From Obrimoposthia wandeli (Eukaryota): DNA of 64,000 nucleotides. The stretch lies in the NCBI GenBank assembly GCA_977020255.1, contig CDROCS010000410.1:186001-250000 (forward strand). Direction: 5' to 3'. A model generated the notes under the pieces. That model was not told the origin of the DNA. It was given only the letters and a program-made list of their open reading frames with translations, and ran no database searches. A program made the position numbers and the translations under genes. Position 1 is the stretch's first letter. Each line of letters opens with the position of its first letter. Shown piece after piece: positions 12,155 through 22,172 of the stretch.

Positions 12155-13381
12155 ATGCAAGACACACTAACGGTCGTACTCGCAGGTGGGATGGGCGCAC
12201 GTCTTTCGCCACTAACTGATAACAGAGCAAAACCAGCTGTGCCTTTCGGTGGCAAATACCGCATTATTGACTTTACCCTAACCAACTGCCTTCACTCTGG
12301 TTTAAGGCGCATTCTAGTACTGACTCAATATAAGTCTCACTCACTGCAAAAACACCTACGTGATGGTTGGTCTATCTTTAACCCTGAACTCGGTGAGTAC
12401 GTAACTGTCGTCCCACCACAAATGCGTAAGGGAGATAAATGGTATAGCGGCACTGCGGATGCTATTTATCAGAACCTCTGGCTGCTCTCACGCAGCGAAG
12501 CTAAATATGTTGTAGTACTTTCAGGCGATCATATTTATCGAATGGATTACGCACCTATGCTAGAGCGCCACAAGGAAAATGGCGCAGACTTAACAATCGC
12601 CTGTATGGAAGTGCCTGTTGCTGAAGCGTGCAATTTCGGGGTCATGTCGACAAATGAAGAAAATAAAATAATCGCATTTTCTGAAAAGCCAGAACAACCA
12701 ACGCCACTACCTGATGATCCAGAAAAAAGCCTTGCCTCGATGGGTATCTATATTTTCACCACAGATGCATTAATCGACGCGCTTGAGCTGGACGCTGAAA
12801 ATCCACAATCAAACCATGATTTTGGCAAAGATATTATTCCCAAACTGATCGATAAAGAGAAAGTATACGCACACAAATTTGCAGGTAGCTCGGGCCGTGT
12901 GACTAAAGATGCTTACTGGCGTGATGTCGGTACGATAGATTCTTTATATCAAGCCAATATGGATCTGTTAAAACATCTATCACCAATCGATTTGTATCAG
13001 CGTGATTGGGCGGTAAGAACCTATGAACGCCAATTACCACCAGCAAGAACCACGTCTTCAGAAACCGGTAATGAAGGGATTTTTATTAACTCGTTAATTT
13101 CCAATGGCGTATTGATTACCGGTGGTTCGGTACAAAATTCGGTACTTTCTGCCAATGTGAAGATCAATGATGCAGCGACCGTGTCTGCAAGTATCTTATT
13201 TGATAATGTTGAGGTTGGTGAATATTGCCAATTGAAGAATTGTATTATCGATAAGCACGTTAAAATTCCGCCAAGAACCAACATTGGTATAAATGCCGCA
13301 GAAGACGCCGCTCGCTTTACTATTTCAGAACAAGGTATCGTCGTCGTTCCTACTTGTTATAAGTTCGAGTCAAACGACTGA
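12155..13381 (+). CDS. glgC: Glucose-1-phosphate adenylyltransferase
   Basis: LAGGMGARLSPLT, RAKPAVPFGGKYRIIDF, SGDHIYRMDY, YWRDVGTIDS. Confidence 0.97.
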   Translation: MQDTLTVVLAGGMGARLSPLTDNRAKPAVPFGGKYRIIDFTLTNCLHSGLRRILVLTQYKSHSLQKHLRDGWSIFNPELGEYVTVVPPQMRKGDKWYSGTADAIYQNLWLLSRSEAKYVVVLSGDHIYRMDYAPMLERHKENGADLTIACMEVPVAEACNFGVMSTNEENKIIAFSEKPEQPTPLPDDPEKSLASMGIYIFTTDALIDALELDAENPQSNHDFGKDIIPKLIDKEKVYAHKFAGSSGRVTKDAYWRDVGTIDSLYQANMDLLKHLSPIDLYQRDWAVRTYERQLPPARTTSSETGNEGIFINSLISNGVLITGGSVQNSVLSANVKINDAATVSASILFDNVEVGEYCQLKNCIIDKHVKIPPRTNIGINAAEDAARFTISEQGIVVVPTCYKFESND

Positions 13382-13412
13382 TTATAAGATCGAGTAAATC
13401 GCTTGATAAACG

Positions 13413-14456
13413 TTATTCCCTGGCTTTTAATGCATTAGTTAAATCAGGTAATGCATCAAACAAGTCGGCTACGAGCCCATAGTCTGCAACATCGAATATG
13501 GGCGCGTCAGCATCACTATTAATGGCCACGATAACCTTGCTGCCCGTAATCCCCGCTATGTGTTGGATCGCGCCAGAAATACCCACCGCAATATACAGAT
13601 CTGGCGCAACAATCTTACCTGTTTGTCCAATCTGTAAATCATTAGCAACAAATCCAGCATCGACGGCAGCACGACTAGCGCCCACAGCCGCATTTAGCTG
13701 ATCGGCCAGAGTATCTAACAATACAAAATTTTCTGCATTTTGCAGGCCTCGACCACCAGCGATAACGACTTTAGCTGTGGTTAATTCCGGTCGTGATGAT
13801 TGAGTTAATTCCGCGTTAATAAATTCAGATTTTCCACTGTCAGGTTCCGCGGATAATTCAACGACAGGTACTTGCTTAACATCATCTAACGACGAAGTGC
13901 TTAATGGGACTGGTTCGAACGCGCTACTACGCACCGTGATAACTTGAATTGAATCACTTGATTGTACCGTCGCAATCGCATTGCCTGCATAGATGGGGCG
14001 TTTAAAAGTATCCGCGGATTCTACGCTGATGATGTCGGAGATCTGGGCGACATCTAATAGAGCCGCGATCCTCGGTTGATAGTCCTTACCAGTGGTGCTG
14101 GCAGAGGTCATAATATGACTATAGTGACTTTGACATGGGGCTTGTTTGGCATCTTGAATTTGCTTGAGATCTTGATTTATACCAAGGTTTGTATCTTCAA
14201 TGAGCGACACCACTAACGGGGCTATATTCTCTGCTAACGCATATTGATATAGAGGATCATCGGTAATTAATATTTTACTTAATCCCGCAATGCCCTGTGC
14301 CATATCCACAACAGCCTGACAGTCATGCCCAATGATAAGTAAATGTAACTCGCTGTCACCGTCATAGTTCGCTATCTCAGCTGCCGCGGTTAGTACGTTT
14401 AACGTAGCGGCTTGCAGTGTCTGATTATCATGCTCTGCTATTATCAATATCGCCAT
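13413..14456 (-). CDS. etfA: Electron transfer flavoprotein alpha subunit, with a ~25-aa insertion
   Basis: [44 protein letters not shown]. Confidence 0.95.
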   Translation of the reverse strand: MAILIIAEHDNQTLQAATLNVLTAAAEIANYDGDSELHLLIIGHDCQAVVDMAQGIAGLSKILITDDPLYQYALAENIAPLVVSLIEDTNLGINQDLKQIQDAKQAPCQSHYSHIMTSASTTGKDYQPRIAALLDVAQISDIISVESADTFKRPIYAGNAIATVQSSDSIQVITVRSSAFEPVPLSTSSLDDVKQVPVVELSAEPDSGKSEFINAELTQSSRPELTTAKVVIAGGRGLQNAENFVLLDTLADQLNAAVGASRAAVDAGFVANDLQIGQTGKIVAPDLYIAVGISGAIQHIAGITGSKVIVAINSDADAPIFDVADYGLVADLFDALPDLTNALKARE

Positions 14457-15206
14457 TTAGATCACCTGTTCCTGTTTTAATTTATCCACCAGCTCCGCGA
14501 CATTTGCTACTTTGATACCCGTTTGACGTACAGGGGGCGATTCGACTTTGAGCGTGGTGAGTCGCGGCGATAAACTAAACTTCATCGCCTCGGGAGAAGT
14601 AACAGTGATAATTTTACGTTTGGCTTTCATTATATTCGGTAGCGAGGCATAACGCGGGGTATTTAAGCGTAAATCGACGGTAACAACAGCCGGTAAGCTT
14701 AAGGCTAGCGTAACTAATCCCCCGTCAACTTCACGGGTTACTTTAATTTTATTTGGTACCGTAAATACGATATCAGAAGCAAAAGTACCTTGCGACATAC
14801 CAGTCAGCGCCGCTAACATTTGTCCTGTTTGGTTGTTGTCGGTATCAATGGCTTGTTTACCGAGTAATACTAAATCGGGTAGTTCTTCCTGCACGATTTT
14901 ATGCAGTAATTTGGCCACATCAAGCGATTGTACTTCTTCATCAACTCTAATCAGAATTGCGCGATCAGCGCCTAAAGCCAGTCCCGCCCGCAACTGCACT
15001 TCAGCCTCTTTTTTGCCAATACAAACCAAGACAACTTCATCGGCAGAGCCTTGTTCTTTAAAGCGTACAGCTTGCTCAATCGCAATTTCACAGAATGGAT
15101 TAATGGCCATTTTGACATTCGCTGTCTCAATACCTGTTTTGTCAGTGTTCACCCTGACATTTACCGTGTGATCAACAACCCGCTTCACTGCGACTAATAT
15201 TTTCAT
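14457..15206 (-). CDS. etfB: Electron transfer flavoprotein beta subunit
   Basis: MKILVAVKRVVD, NPFCEIAIEQA, GKQAIDTDNNQTGQMLA. Confidence 0.95.
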   Translation of the reverse strand: MKILVAVKRVVDHTVNVRVNTDKTGIETANVKMAINPFCEIAIEQAVRFKEQGSADEVVLVCIGKKEAEVQLRAGLALGADRAILIRVDEEVQSLDVAKLLHKIVQEELPDLVLLGKQAIDTDNNQTGQMLAALTGMSQGTFASDIVFTVPNKIKVTREVDGGLVTLALSLPAVVTVDLRLNTPRYASLPNIMKAKRKIITVTSPEAMKFSLSPRLTTLKVESPPVRQTGIKVANVAELVDKLKQEQVI

Positions 15207-15447
15207 AGCATCCCCATGACGTACTTGTATTTATTCAATTAACTTGTTTGTATTCATTTAATCAAATGGTTATGCATTAAGAATAGTGGTGTTATGGGGT
15301 ATGGCAAATTTGTCGGATGATAATTAGACATCACAGATTAAAGCGCAGCAAGGCTTTAAATAATCACTTATAATCTGTAAAGTACACAACATATTATAAC
15401 GACTGACTTAGCTCCCTGTGAGCAAGTAGCAACAAAGAGTATATAAG

Positions 15448-15696
15448 ATGAATAACGAACATGATGTCATTGATAGCCTAGCTGAACTAGAAAGTTTCCT
15501 ACTAAGCGTTGAAAACGGTGGTTTCGGTCTACAAAATGTTGAAGGTATTGGCATGGCGACTAACACCAAAGACGGCCGCCATTTTGTCGCTGTATTTGAT
15601 GATAAACAAAGTCTGCTTTTAGCACGTTATGTGACTGACGAAGTTTATAAAGACGGTAAAGAAATGGTGCGTAACGGTGTGCAAACAAAACACTAA
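15448..15696 (+). CDS. Hypothetical small soluble protein (82 aa)
   Basis: Clean ORF in an otherwise non-coding gap, followed by a terminator-like hairpin; no motif recognised. Confidence 0.75.
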   Translation: MNNEHDVIDSLAELESFLLSVENGGFGLQNVEGIGMATNTKDGRHFVAVFDDKQSLLLARYVTDEVYKDGKEMVRNGVQTKH

Positions 15697-15737
15697 TTGC
15701 TTGCCATTCAAAGCATCGCGATTTACCGCATAACACG

Positions 15738-15772
15738 TAGCAGGGTCTAAGTTGATAATTTAGGCCCTGCTA
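15738..15772 (+). terminator. Terminator-like hairpin after the 82-aa gene
   Basis: tagcagggtctaa ... ttaggccctgcta followed by a T-rich run. Confidence 0.6.
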
Positions 15773-15834
15773 GTCTATTTTTTGACTCTATTCTGCTATT
15801 CTATTGTTTCGTCCCATCTCGGTTAGCTCCGCCA

Positions 15835-16722
15835 ATGAATTCACTACACCTTAAAGCATTATTACTGGCCATTGAAACGGGTTCTATATCTGCCGCCGCT
15901 CGTAAGCTAGGTAAAAAGCAACCTCAAGTCAGTCAATGGATCTCCGATCTTGAAATAGATCTTGGGGTGAACTTTTTTGATCGTAGTGGCAACAAGTCGA
16001 CATTAAGTCTCGAAGGTGAACGTTTACTGCCCTACCTCACTCATACACTTAGTCAGCTAGACAGGTTTGTGCAAAGTGCCGAGATGATTTCACAAGATGA
16101 ACCAACAGTACTTACTATTGGCATTGAGAACTACGTGCCAGATTTAGCTTTTATCGAGCCACTCTCACGTATACTCGACTTGGTTGATTTAAGTATTGAA
16201 GTGTATCGAGATGAAAAACAGCAGTTAACACAGGCGTTAATAAAGGGGGATGTCGATATTATCATTACCCATGAGTCTGATACCCTGCACCACCAACAGT
16301 TTGAATATTGTCGCTTAGGTCATTACCAAGACGTACTTGTTTGTGCACCCACACATCCGCTCACCTCATTATCAGTGGTGAACACGAGCGACCTGAGTCA
16401 ATATCGAGAACTCATTTTAGGCGAATCGGACAGCCAATTACAGAGCGATGAAAGAGATGATAGTTTTAGCCCAAGCTATGCGATGTTTGCAGATATCCAG
16501 CCACTTATTACGTTATTGAAACATAACAAAGGCTTTGCATTTTTACCCGCTGATTATATTAGTAACGACATTGCCAACAAGCAACTCACCACTTTAACTT
16601 GTGACTTTGAACCAGCAAGTATTTTCCGCCGTATCGAATTATGCTGGCACAATGGATTAACCTTATCAACGCAAGGCAGTCAGGTGATTAGCGCCTTTAA
16701 AGACAATCATCAACTTAACTAA
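15835..16722 (+). CDS. LysR-family transcriptional regulator
   Basis: N-terminal HTH GSISAAARKLGKKQPQVSQWISDLEIDLG; about 295 aa. Confidence 0.92.
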   Translation: MNSLHLKALLLAIETGSISAAARKLGKKQPQVSQWISDLEIDLGVNFFDRSGNKSTLSLEGERLLPYLTHTLSQLDRFVQSAEMISQDEPTVLTIGIENYVPDLAFIEPLSRILDLVDLSIEVYRDEKQQLTQALIKGDVDIIITHESDTLHHQQFEYCRLGHYQDVLVCAPTHPLTSLSVVNTSDLSQYRELILGESDSQLQSDERDDSFSPSYAMFADIQPLITLLKHNKGFAFLPADYISNDIANKQLTTLTCDFEPASIFRRIELCWHNGLTLSTQGSQVISAFKDNHQLN

Positions 16723-16749
16723 ACCGCCAGCGGCCTTACGTTGACCCGA

Positions 16750-18438
16750 TCATTCTTCTGAATCGAATACGATATCACCTTGTAGAACAGTCATCAAAAT
16801 TTCAGTTTTGGCGATTGCATTAGCAGACAGACGCGTAATATCTCGTTCTAAAATAGCAAAATCTGCTGACTTACCAACAGTAATAGACCCTGTGATATCA
16901 CTGATGCCAAGGCTATCTGCGGCATTAATGGTATATGCATCTATCGCAGAATACACATCAGGTAATCCTGTTTTACCCATCTTCAAACTATTAGCAATGC
17001 CCACTAGCGGATTGATGTCATGCACATTCCAATCACTGCTTAATGTAACATTGGCACCAGTATCGAAAATTGCTCTTAAGTTCATTAAGGAATGTGTACG
17101 TTCCTTACCTAAAAATGCCTCAGCCCATTGATGATCATGCTGCGCTACATAATCAGAACCGACCTGAAAGTCAGCCGTCACATCTAACTGAGCAAAACGA
17201 GCTACATCTTTAGTATTCACTAATTCTACATGCGTTAACGTATAAGGCTTTTTAGAACCTTGGCTGCGAGCATGCTCTATCGCATTTAAGGATTCGCGGA
17301 TAGCGCCATCACCAATTGCATGAACGTGAGCGCTGTAACCTATTTTATCCAATGCACTTAGCCATGTTTTCATCTGCTTAGGCGCTATATAGTTAATGCC
17401 ATTCGGCTCGTCTGGGATGTATGTCTCGTCATACGCATCTAATGTTTTAGCTGTGCCATTAATAAAGATGCCATCGCTGTACATTTTGACTTGATCCACC
17501 AGCAACAGACGCGATTTATCACTCGATTGAATTGTCTTTAAAAATGCCAATTGTGGCGGCATTGAATCTGCAGGATAGATCCACGGGCGCAATGATACAC
17601 GCGCGGTTAAATCGCCTTCTTTCTCTGCTTGCTGCCATACGTCATACCAACCACGCTTCCAATAGAGTCGGCCGTCTCCAATAGTCGTAATACCGTGTGC
17701 AGCCGCTTCTTCCAGTCCATTCATTAACCCGTCATAGCTTTGGTCAAATTGATTTTCTAAACTGTTCCACGCCATTTCCATGATGATGTCACCTGCGTTA
17801 TCAAACAGGATACCATTCAACTCACCTGTTTCTTCATCTTTGAGTATCTTACCGCCTTGTGGTTCAGGCGAATTTTTAGTGATACCTGCCAGCTTTAATG
17901 CCGCCGAGTTAACCCACATCGAATGTGATGTTTGTTCCATCAGCACAACTGGTTGTGTTGGGAATATACGGTCAATGACTTCAAGTGGTGTATAACGATT
18001 ATCTTCAGCGAGTACGGCATCAAGTGAAAAGCCATACCCCATTAACCAACCATTAGATTTGGCGTTTTGACTACATGCTTTTAAGTAAGGGATTTGCTCT
18101 TCAAGGGATGCATCCATATCCAATTCACAATTACCACCCGCTTCCGATGCTGCTTCAAACACGTGGTTATGGTTATCAATAAACCCTGGCATCACATACG
18201 CTTGTTCAAGGTCAACCATTTCAGTATCTTTAGTTCGATATACCGAGGATGCTTTACTCTTACCAATAAAGACAATTTTACCATCACGTATTGCTATGCT
18301 ATTAGCTTTAGCGTGACCGTATATATTAGCATTGGTTAAAATCATATCGGCTTTTGTACCAAGGTCTGGTTGCGCCGCTAAAATGGTAGGACTCATCATT
18401 AAACTCGCTGCTATCGCTAGAGGGGTCATTTTATTCAT
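16750..18438 (-). CDS. Secreted metal-dependent amidohydrolase (amidohydrolase_3 / YtcJ-like)
   Basis: Signal-peptide-like N-terminus; PGFIDNHNH, HAIGDGA, THVEL, SSDW metal-ligand motifs. Confidence 0.85.
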   Translation of the reverse strand: MNKMTPLAIAASLMMSPTILAAQPDLGTKADMILTNANIYGHAKANSIAIRDGKIVFIGKSKASSVYRTKDTEMVDLEQAYVMPGFIDNHNHVFEAASEAGGNCELDMDASLEEQIPYLKACSQNAKSNGWLMGYGFSLDAVLAEDNRYTPLEVIDRIFPTQPVVLMEQTSHSMWVNSAALKLAGITKNSPEPQGGKILKDEETGELNGILFDNAGDIIMEMAWNSLENQFDQSYDGLMNGLEEAAAHGITTIGDGRLYWKRGWYDVWQQAEKEGDLTARVSLRPWIYPADSMPPQLAFLKTIQSSDKSRLLLVDQVKMYSDGIFINGTAKTLDAYDETYIPDEPNGINYIAPKQMKTWLSALDKIGYSAHVHAIGDGAIRESLNAIEHARSQGSKKPYTLTHVELVNTKDVARFAQLDVTADFQVGSDYVAQHDHQWAEAFLGKERTHSLMNLRAIFDTGANVTLSSDWNVHDINPLVGIANSLKMGKTGLPDVYSAIDAYTINAADSLGISDITGSITVGKSADFAILERDITRLSANAIAKTEILMTVLQGDIVFDSEE

Positions 18439-18571
18439 CGTTCATTCCTTTGTGTCCTACAATCAAAATAATTATAGGCAATGTGTATCGATGAGGTCAG
18501 TCTACTGCAGCAAATAAATGAAAGAAAAGTAGTGAGTATAACGATTTTTGGATAGTGATTAGCCTCGATAA

Positions 18572-19210
18572 CTAATCACCAAGCAATTGCGCCACTCGTT
18601 GTTGTAAATGCGGGATCACTTCTTGTTCAAACCAAGGGTTCTTCTTCAGCCAAATGTTATTACGTGGACTTGGGTGCGGCAGCGGTAATCGCTCTGGGCA
18701 ATCACCTCGATGATGACCTTGACTATCACCTTCACTATCGCCTTGGAAAAAGTCTTGCCAGTTTCTCACTGTTTCGGTAAGGTTTTTCTGCTTTACGTCG
18801 CTCATATGCCATTTCTGCGCATAAATACCAATCACCAGTATCAACTCAATATTAGGCATTGCAGCGAGTATGTCTGCTCGCCATGTTTTAGCACATTCAG
18901 GTCGCGGTGGCAGGTCACCTGACTTACCGGTTCCCGGATAACAAAATCCCATCGGTAATATCGCAACTTTACTGGCGTCATAAAACGTAGCCTTATCAAC
19001 CCCCATCCATTGGCGTAAGCGGTCGCCACTTGGGTCTGTAAATGGAATACCTGATTCATGTACCCGAATACCAGGTGCTTGCCCTGCAATGAGTATTTTG
19101 GCTCGCGTATCAACTTGTATTACCGGCCTTGCTCCCAGTGGCAGTTCAGGTTCACACAAGGTGCATTTGCGCACATCAGAAACGATAGTATCTAGCATAC
19201 TGTTTTTCAT
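18572..19210 (-). CDS. Uracil-DNA glycosylase superfamily protein
   Basis: GQAPGIRVH, FTDPSGDRLR, MGFCYPG, LPHPSPRN motifs. Confidence 0.9.
   Translation of the reverse strand: MKNSMLDTIVSDVRKCTLCEPELPLGARPVIQVDTRAKILIAGQAPGIRVHESGIPFTDPSGDRLRQWMGVDKATFYDASKVAILPMGFCYPGTGKSGDLPPRPECAKTWRADILAAMPNIELILVIGIYAQKWHMSDVKQKNLTETVRNWQDFFQGDSEGDSQGHHRGDCPERLPLPHPSPRNNIWLKKNPWFEQEVIPHLQQRVAQLLGD
18696..18743 (-). repeat. Degenerate 12-bp x4 repeat in the UDG gene (QGDS-EGDS-QGHH-RGDC)
   Basis: Plus strand gggcaatcacct / cgatgatgacct / tgactatcacct / tcactatcgcct. Confidence 0.7.
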
Positions 19211-19346
19211 ACAATCATTGCCTCATGTGTAATGCTTCATTCCCAACTCTTGCTTTCCAATTAAAAGTACATCTACTAGTGCCTATAATCAATACTGATT
19301 GTGTTAAAGTCGAGTTTCGCAGGAACATTAAAAATAAACGAGTATC

Positions 19347-19676
19347 ATGTTTGAATTAAAGACTATCGCACTATTTTTCATTACCGCTATTGCTGAAATC
19401 ATTGGCTGTTATTTACCTTACCTTTGGCTCAAACAAGATAAGAGTATATTACTGCTAATTCCAGCGGCTGCAAGCCTTGCCCTGTTTGCATGGTTACTAT
19501 CGCTACACCCTGACGCAGCAGGTCGTGTTTATGCTGCATATGGTGGTGTCTACATTTTCGTCGCCATACTCTGGCTCTGGGGTGTTGATGGGATTAAGCC
19601 AACCATGTGGGATATGATTGGCGCTTCAATAGCACTTGTTGGAATGGCCATTATTATGTTTGCACCGAGAACCTAA
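19347..19676 (+). CDS. ynfA: YnfA/UPF0060 small membrane protein (SMR-like)
   Basis: [12 protein letters not shown] and [12 protein letters not shown] motifs; 109 aa. Confidence 0.92.
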   Translation: MFELKTIALFFITAIAEIIGCYLPYLWLKQDKSILLLIPAAASLALFAWLLSLHPDAAGRVYAAYGGVYIFVAILWLWGVDGIKPTMWDMIGASIALVGMAIIMFAPRT

Positions 19677-19684
19677 TCTATAAG

Positions 19685-20140
19685 TTATCTGATAAATACG
19701 ACACTATCAGGAAGATTCTTTTTAAGGTGATTTGTTAACTCATCAATCTTAGCTGCTGGAAAGATAAATTCAGGTATAACGCCAGGTAAAGAGTGATTAA
19801 GGGGTAATGAAAAATACCCCTCATTTTTAACCGTATCAAGCGCTACTTGTCTTATTGAAGTAATAGAGAACTTCGCTAACCCTACACTCATATTTATATC
19901 ATCAAACACAATATACAAAACAGGATCCTCAATATACTGTTGACGATAAGGCCGACTAAATACGATAAAAAAGACCATAGCAGAAAGTGAAATAATAGGC
20001 TGGAGACTAAAATCTAAGCCAAATAATGCTGTAATAGCAGAGTAACCCAATATAGCGAGTACCCATAATGCCACAGGATGCATCCTGTAAATCATATTTA
20101 ACAACATACAAACTCTAAAAAATAAAAATATTATATACAT
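19685..20140 (-). CDS. Hypothetical membrane protein (two N-terminal TM helices)
   Basis: 151-aa ORF filling the gap downstream of the GATase; true start uncertain. Confidence 0.65.
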   Translation of the reverse strand: MYIIFLFFRVCMLLNMIYRMHPVALWVLAILGYSAITALFGLDFSLQPIISLSAMVFFIVFSRPYRQQYIEDPVLYIVFDDINMSVGLAKFSITSIRQVALDTVKNEGYFSLPLNHSLPGVIPEFIFPAAKIDELTNHLKKNLPDSVVFIR

Positions 20141-20180
20141 TTAAACAATTACTTACGAATATTTTTCTTAGTTACTCGAG

Positions 20181-20903
20181 CTATATCATTGTTTGCCTAA
20201 GAAAACCTAATAACCACTTAGCGATGAGTTTATAATCTGCCTGATAGCTATATGAAGGTCCAAGAGAATCCATCGCAGCATTGATTGTTTCAACAGGAAT
20301 AATATCGCGGCGTTGTGCCATAAGTGCGGAAGAATAGCGCGAGGTAAACTCAGGGTGTCCTTGTAAACCAAGAAAGTGATCGCCCACTTGGAACATACTA
20401 TAAGGGCAAAACGTATTACTCATCAACACCCTGCCGTGATCAGGTAATTGACAGACTTGGTCTTGATGGCAAACCACCAGCGCAATATTATCTTGCTTTG
20501 GCTGCATCCAACTGTGCTCGACAAGCACATCAGCATGGGCAATACCGACGCCCCAACCTCGGGGACTTTTCTCCACTTGCCCACCCAAGGCTTTAGCAAT
20601 CATTTGATGACCAAAACAAATACCGACTAAGCCCTTCTTTGCATAGTAAAGCGTACGCGTAAAATCTTCCAACTGGCGGATCCAAAGATCATCATCATTA
20701 ACACTCCATTTACTGCCACTGCAAATATAAGCATCACATTCATCCACATGTTGTGGAAACTGACCATCAATCACCCGATAAAAATGCAGTTCTAATTCAC
20801 TATCCACTTGCTGGAATAACGTCTCAAACATAGCGGCATAATGACCAAAATCAGCGTGTAAACTAGCCCGTACATCGTCACATTGCAGAATCCCGAGTTT
20901 CAT
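20181..20903 (-). CDS. Class I glutamine amidotransferase-like protein (candidate gamma-glutamyl hydrolase)
   Basis: GICFGHQ nucleophile elbow and QGHPEF catalytic His-Glu. Confidence 0.9.
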   Translation of the reverse strand: MKLGILQCDDVRASLHADFGHYAAMFETLFQQVDSELELHFYRVIDGQFPQHVDECDAYICSGSKWSVNDDDLWIRQLEDFTRTLYYAKKGLVGICFGHQMIAKALGGQVEKSPRGWGVGIAHADVLVEHSWMQPKQDNIALVVCHQDQVCQLPDHGRVLMSNTFCPYSMFQVGDHFLGLQGHPEFTSRYSSALMAQRRDIIPVETINAAMDSLGPSYSYQADYKLIAKWLLGFLRQTMI

Positions 20904-20937
20904 AACCTTACCTCCAGCGTCTAGTTAATCCTGCAGT

Positions 20938-22107
20938 TTACAAATCACCATGTACCGCAGATAAGAAAATATCAGCATATTGCTGTGCATTAAGCATTAT
21001 CGGATTACCGTCTGCAGAGGGATCCTGTTCAGCCATGATGCCTATTTCAATCATGCGATCAGCATCAATGCCAATTTCACCAAGAGAGTGTGGAATATCG
21101 AGTTGTTTACGCAGCGTTAATATCCAATCTAAAAAGCCATCAAAGTCAGTATCCTCTAGTTCGAGATAACGACTTAAACGACTTAATTTATCCTCAATAG
21201 CATCCCTATTCGCCTTTAATACATACGGCATTAAAATCGCATTTAATAGCCCATGGTGACTATCGTAAAGCGCACCGATAGGATGGGCTAGCGCATGCAT
21301 CCCGCCAAGCCCGCGTTGAAAAGCAGTCGAGCCCATCGTTGATGCCGTCATCATTTGTGTTCTGGCTTCAAGGTCGCAACCATCTTCCACTGCGCGTGGT
21401 AAATGTTCTTTAATCAAACGAATAGCCTCCAGCGCAATGCCTTCAGCCATAGGGTGATAACTATTAGCGCAATAAGCTTCTAAGGCATGAGACAATGCAT
21501 CCAACCCTGTAGCAGCAGTTAACTGCCGAGGTAAACCGACACTCAATTGTGGATCTAAAATAACAATGTCAGGCAACATATTAGAATGAAAAATAATACG
21601 CTTAATATGATTCTCACTATCCGTGATGACCGACGCGCGCCCGACTTCTGAACCCGTACCAGATGTCGTTGGTACCGCAACAACAGGTACCATTCCCAGC
21701 GTATTTACGTTTAACCAGTTATCGCCGACATCTTCAAAATCCCAAATAGGCCGATCTTGCCCGACCATCAAGGCAACCGCTTTACCGGCATCCAGTGCTG
21801 AACCACCACCAAAGGCGATAACACCATCATGTTCGCCACGTTTAAATGCACGCACTCCATCACTGACATTATTCCCTGTTGGATTACCTTTAATCTGTGA
21901 AAAAATAGCGCACCTTAAACCGGCTTGCTGACAGTTAGCTAAAGCGTCTTGCAGCATAGGTAGCTCAGCTAAACCAGGATCAGTAATAAGTAGTGGCGAT
22001 GTCATACCCAACTCTTGGCAAGTGCTAGCAAGATCTTGTATACGACCGATACCAGCACGTATCGCAGTGGGGTAATGCCAGTTAGCAGTAAAGTGATTCA
22101 AATCCAT
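20938..22107 (-). CDS. Iron-containing alcohol dehydrogenase
   Basis: AFGGGSALDAGK, PTTSGTGSEV, DALSHALEAY, HALAH, HHG metal ligands. Confidence 0.93.
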   Translation of the reverse strand: MDLNHFTANWHYPTAIRAGIGRIQDLASTCQELGMTSPLLITDPGLAELPMLQDALANCQQAGLRCAIFSQIKGNPTGNNVSDGVRAFKRGEHDGVIAFGGGSALDAGKAVALMVGQDRPIWDFEDVGDNWLNVNTLGMVPVVAVPTTSGTGSEVGRASVITDSENHIKRIIFHSNMLPDIVILDPQLSVGLPRQLTAATGLDALSHALEAYCANSYHPMAEGIALEAIRLIKEHLPRAVEDGCDLEARTQMMTASTMGSTAFQRGLGGMHALAHPIGALYDSHHGLLNAILMPYVLKANRDAIEDKLSRLSRYLELEDTDFDGFLDWILTLRKQLDIPHSLGEIGIDADRMIEIGIMAEQDPSADGNPIMLNAQQYADIFLSAVHGDL

Positions 22108-22172
22108 AGTATCTCCTTGCTTAGCGACAACAGCTATTGCTATTGATAAGAAAGCTACAGTTACGGTGACAG

